A stretch of DNA of 64,000 nt from Selaginella moellendorffii (Eukaryota > Plantae > Lycopodiophyta). The position numbers and the translations under genes are program-made. The DNA lies in assembly GCF_000143415.4 (NCBI RefSeq), contig NW_003314325.1:150567-214566 (forward strand), given 5' to 3'. The first letter of the stretch is position 1, and each line of letters starts with the position of its first letter. A model generated the notes under the pieces. It made no database searches. It was not told where the DNA came from and saw nothing but the letters and a program-made list of their open reading frames with translations. This document shows, piece after piece, positions 59,839 to 64,000 of the stretch.

Positions 59839-61789
59839 AATAGCAATCTCAATCCAATTTGCCATAGCATTCAAGCAATTTACTAAGACTCTTTGCTCTT
59901 ACCTCAAGCTGGAGGGGGGTTGTGGAAGTATTTCAATTGCATAGCATTGTATGTAGCTAGCTAGAATTTTTGTTTATTAGTGCTTCTCATTTTAAACTGT
60001 TATTGTTTTTTTACAGGTCCTTCCAGCTGATCTATCCAAGGACTTAGGATGAGGATAGTAAATAGTAGGCAATGTAGAATACAAAGGATGGTAGCACAAG
60101 TTCTTCTCATGGCTGTAGTGGGATACTAAGAGTTTTTTGGGGGTGCTAGATGTAGTTATAATTCTTTATTACTATATCTAGTTGGGGATAGAGATGATCA
60201 AGCTAGTGAAGAGCAAAAGTAATGATGACAAGAAGTAGCTTGTGTTGTGAATAGGAATCTTGGTTCATGGTGGGTGAAGCTAAGGAGCTATGTATGGTGG
60301 GACTTTTTCATGCTCAACACATACAATGACTCACGCTGGAAGCAAAGGTTGAGGATGTTGAAGACCATGTTTTTTCAACTTTGCTAGATTCTTAAAAGTG
60401 ACTTGGAAAAACAGAACACACACTATAGGCATCTAGTTCCAATTCTAATTCACCTCACAGTCACATTCTATAAGCTAATGAAGAGCCTCAACTACAATGA
60501 GCTTGTTGAGCAGTTTACAATTGAAAAGTCTACAACACATGAGATCATCCTAGAGACAATGGAAGCAATAGCTCGCAAATTTGCCTACAAGATTAATCTA
60601 TTATGGCTGGCCAAGTCATGTTAATTGTGTTGTTTTTTGAGGCATCAAACTAAACTTATTGTTTCTAGATAATGTTCATGATATGTGCAAAATTCTACTA
60701 TTCAACAGCAAATAGAGTCTTATGTGGTGTTGCAAGAACTAAAAATTAATGTGATTGGCCATAACATCAAGCCTTACTTGGTAGGAGACAAAGGATATTA
60801 GCTCAAAACTTTTATGATGATACTGTTCGTAAGTAAGTTTTATGATAAAAGTCTTTTGTATAGCTTGTCACCTTCATTTTTTAGAGTCATCATTGTCCTT
60901 TGGTAAGAAGGAATTCAATAAGCAACACTATCAAGCTTGAGTTGTTGTGGAGTTGTTTTGGACTCTTGAAGTAGAAATCCAAATATCTTGACTCTTCACT
61001 ATGAATGAAGCTAGCATTTCTATCAAACATAGAAGAGGGGGGGGGGGGGTTTAATCTTAAAATATTTTTAAAAGGAATCTCCAAGATTCCCTAAAGATTC
61101 CAACACCCTAATTAAGGCATTTCAATTTTTTTGCCGGTCATCGTTGAGGGCTCCCTAGAGTTAAATCATGTTGGGGATTCGGTCGAGGAAGGAGGAGCAG
61201 CTGATTTTGGGGAAGGAGGAGCTGTAGGGCTTAATAAGGAGATGGTTTGGGTTTGGGGCGGTAGCATGGAATGGGGAGCAACTGCGGTGGAGGAGCATCT
61301 AGGGTTGGAGGACAGGCACTAGGCCCAGCTGTCGCTCGAGAAGGCAAGCCGCCTCAGGGCCAAGGCCGTGGAGATGCCAAGCTCGTGGATCTTGGTCTCA
61401 ATCAGGGCGAACTCGGAGCTGGAGTGCAGGGAATTGGAGCACGGGGAGCTATAGCATGGGGAGCTAGAGTGTGGGGAGCTGTAGAACGGGGAGCTGGAGC
61501 CTCTCCCCCCACGGCTTCTAGAACTTGATTGTTCTCCAAGTTCTCTTTTACAACAACCAACAGTGTAAGCTTCATCTCGAGTTTAGCTCAAAGTTTTTAG
61601 GAGAGTGGTTTCAGGTTTAGGGTGGCAAAGCAGGTGACCTGGAGCAAGAGTAGTCACCAGGACAGCAGTACATGCAATTGTGGTTTCATAACTTGGAGGA
61701 GTAGAACGACATTGCTGTTGAACAGGAGGCAGAAAAAGATGATGGGGGTGATGAAGAGGAGGGCGATGATGACGAGGAAGGGGAGGCGA

Positions 61790-63097
61790 GTGTTCATGTT
61801 GTGAAGAAAGTGAGGAAGAAACATAAGAAAATCTGGGGGGATGATAAGATAGCTTCCCTTATTGACTTCAAATGGGAAGATCACCTTGGAAAGATCGGGG
61901 CAATGCAAGGTAACAAGGAGATGACGTTAATAGCAACCACTCGCTGGAAGAGGATTGTGAAAAAGATGCAGGCTGCCGGCATGCAACAGGACTAGAAGGC
62001 TTGCTGAACTAGCTAGAACAACCTTTGCAATGACTACAAGTGCGTTTGTAATTTCCAGAGGAAAACTAGGAATCCCAACTACTTTAGCTTAAGCCATGAG
62101 GATGTGAAGCAGCTTATGCCAATGAAGCTAAACTTGAAGGTGGTCCTAGTCGAGTAAACAACTACTACAATCGTCAAGTGCCTTGAGTACAAGATTTGAT
62201 TCCCAGAGACAGTAGCGGAGGTTAAAGTTGTGGCTGCAAATTTTCAACAAATCACCAAAACCCATCTCCCTAATGTGGCTAGGGCAATCAACTATACACA
62301 TTTCAAAATTATCTGACTAGTTGGCCCGGATGGTGAGGGCTACTTTGATCGAAAGCAACAGTACTTAGTGATCTTGCAAGGAGTTTGTGACGCTCAGAAA
62401 AGGTTCTTAAGTATCTATGCAAGCTAGCTAGGTAATTACTTTTAATTTTTTTCTTCTATACATTTAATTGGTTTATTTTTTTCCCAAGGGAGTGTTCATG
62501 ACATGAGGGTTTTTTGGAACTCCAAGCTATGCCACAAGATCCAAGCACAGGAATTACTTACAGTTCCTCAAGAGTTTACTTTTGATGAGTGGATTAAGCC
62601 ATACATGGTGCGAGACAAGGGCTACTAGCTGTAGTAGCACTTGATGATCCCTTACTTATGTAGCTGATTGTTTTTTTTTTTTCAATTATTTATGTGAAAC
62701 AGGTTCCCAGTTGATGGTGACTGAGGCAGAATACAACTAGCAACACCATCTAGCCTGGATTGTTATTGAACAAGCATTTGGACTTTTGAAAATGAAATTC
62801 AGATGTTTGGATCAAAAACAAAGGATCAAGCTGAAGTATTTGCTAAACATCATCAAAGGTTGTTGCATCTTGCATAACTTCTTAATTGATATTGATGAGA
62901 CAAACATCAATGCCGAGATCAAAGCGTGGGAAAGACACATTCAAGCCTTGAAGGAAGTAAAGATTTTTTAAGATTACGAGGATCCTGTTGTGGCTGAGGG
63001 AAAGCCACAGGAAGACTTGTGTGGGCCAAAAGATGCACATAAGGTTCAAGAGAACCTAATTAACTTCCTATATTTGCGCCGTCGTAGAGCTGCGTGA
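61790..63097 (+). mobile_element. Second PIF/Harbinger relic (trihelix/Myb ORF and DDE transposase pseudogene)
   Basis: KIWGDDKIASLI..RWKRI..NNLCNDYK, then LPNVARAI, YFDRK..LQGVCD, SVHDMRV, DKGY, IEQAFGLLK and CCILHNF. Many stops; short introns retained. Confidence 0.82.
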
Positions 63098-63455
63098 TTT
63101 GAAATGCTATATTCAAGTTTAATATTTGAAATTTGAAATTGAAATTTAGGATTTCGAATTTGATTTGAATTTGAAATTTTAAAATATTTTAAAACATGTT
63201 TGAATACTATTCTGAAGACATTTTAAAGTAAATCAGGTGCGAAGTCACTAGTGTTTTATGTTAAATTTTTACCACAAAAAGCTATGCAGATGGGAATGAA
63301 AATGTTTTAAAATGCATATTTAAAGCTTAAAACATTCTAAAAACTACTCAAAGTGCAAATGCAACAGTCACATAAATTAAAATATTTTTATATAAAGTGC
63401 AGGTGCAACTTTCTTTCAATTACGATGATTTGTATTTTATTAAGATAGTTATGAA

Positions 63456-64000
63456 TCAAACTAAAGATACTCTTGACACTTCACTCACAACATTAAATAT
63501 ATATGCCCAAGGTGGTGATGTTGTGGTGGAAGTTGTCCATTTTTGGTAATCTGGTCCACTTGTTAAGCACTTTAACTTAAAGCTTGGGAGAAGAGCAGCA
63601 TACCCAGTGCTGACCATGCCTGGATGGCCAAGTCGTACACGTAGCCAGTGTGCCCCATGATATTGGACTGCTGCATGACCAACTTGAAGAAACCATTGGC
63701 ATCGTCTAGAAACATCATCTGTTTGTATGGAGTGCTGGTATCTCTGTCCACTCCTAGGTGACCAGTAAATTGTAATTATTGAGTGCTTGTATAAGGGAAA
63801 GCAGCGGATGCATACAAGGCTGCCAGAGGAGGCCACAACTCTACCATAATTTACAAAGGGTATCTTGAGCTCTCCAGTGGAGATCCTAAGGCATAGCAGC
63901 ACTTGAACTTAGGGGAGTTTGTCACGATCCGGGAGGGGGGAGCTCTCTAACAGGTGGTGAAACGTTGCGAAGTTGATGATCCACGACTTAAAAACCACAG
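63456..64000 (-). pseudogene. Possible F-box-associated gene fragment running off the window
   Basis: VFKSW (resembles the F-box end VCKSW), an in-frame stop, then VVASSGSLVC typical of F-box-associated regions. Weak similarity only. Confidence 0.35.

Larger units (their letters stand above)
54770..60960 (+). mobile_element. PIF/Harbinger DNA transposon relic (Myb/SANT ORF and transposase pseudogenes), interrupted by a chromovirus
   Basis: KKHAPN*TREEAMALIELK at about 54825. WWVKLRS..WW..RWKQRLRM at about 60270 and PYLVGDKGY at about 60775. Many stop codons. Boundaries approximate. Confidence 0.7.

Noticed and set aside
1-64000. tRNA, rRNA, snoRNA or conserved miRNA genes
   Set aside because: None recognised by eye. 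A tRNAscan-SE, Infernal or miRBase search would be needed to exclude them.

Overview
Land-plant nuclear DNA. The very short introns (about 44-60 nt), GC-rich exons, tight gene spacing and Tcn1-like chromovirus point to a lycophyte such as Selaginella; this is inferred, not verified. Layout: (1) TE-rich left flank, 1-10.3 kb, with a complete 7.4-kb non-coding LTR element (TSD GATAA, contains a 206-N gap) and an AT-rich secreted bulb-type lectin gene. (2) Dense gene island, 10.3-48.5 kb: MDP-1 pseudogene, acidic repeat protein, PPR-SMR, RluA-type pseudouridine synthase plus a decayed partial duplicate, GRAS factor, inositol 5-phosphatase, three tandem ATL RING-H2 ligases, NDX, PRPP synthase, TsaD/GCP1, glutathione synthetase, a 6-exon PP2C-like orphan, a small ABRE-driven ORF and a THUMP RNA methyltransferase. 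(3) TE-rich right flank, 48.5-64 kb, with a TRIM nested in a chromovirus nested in a Harbinger relic. Main leads: GCP1 and GSH2 separated by only 20 bp (possible bicistronic or overlapping unit); a Tf1-type self-priming structure in the chromovirus; an intact PP2C-fold pseudophosphatase candidate; a chimeric lectin with an unknown N-terminal domain; and a 51-nt U12 intron. All calls were made by eye with no database searches.
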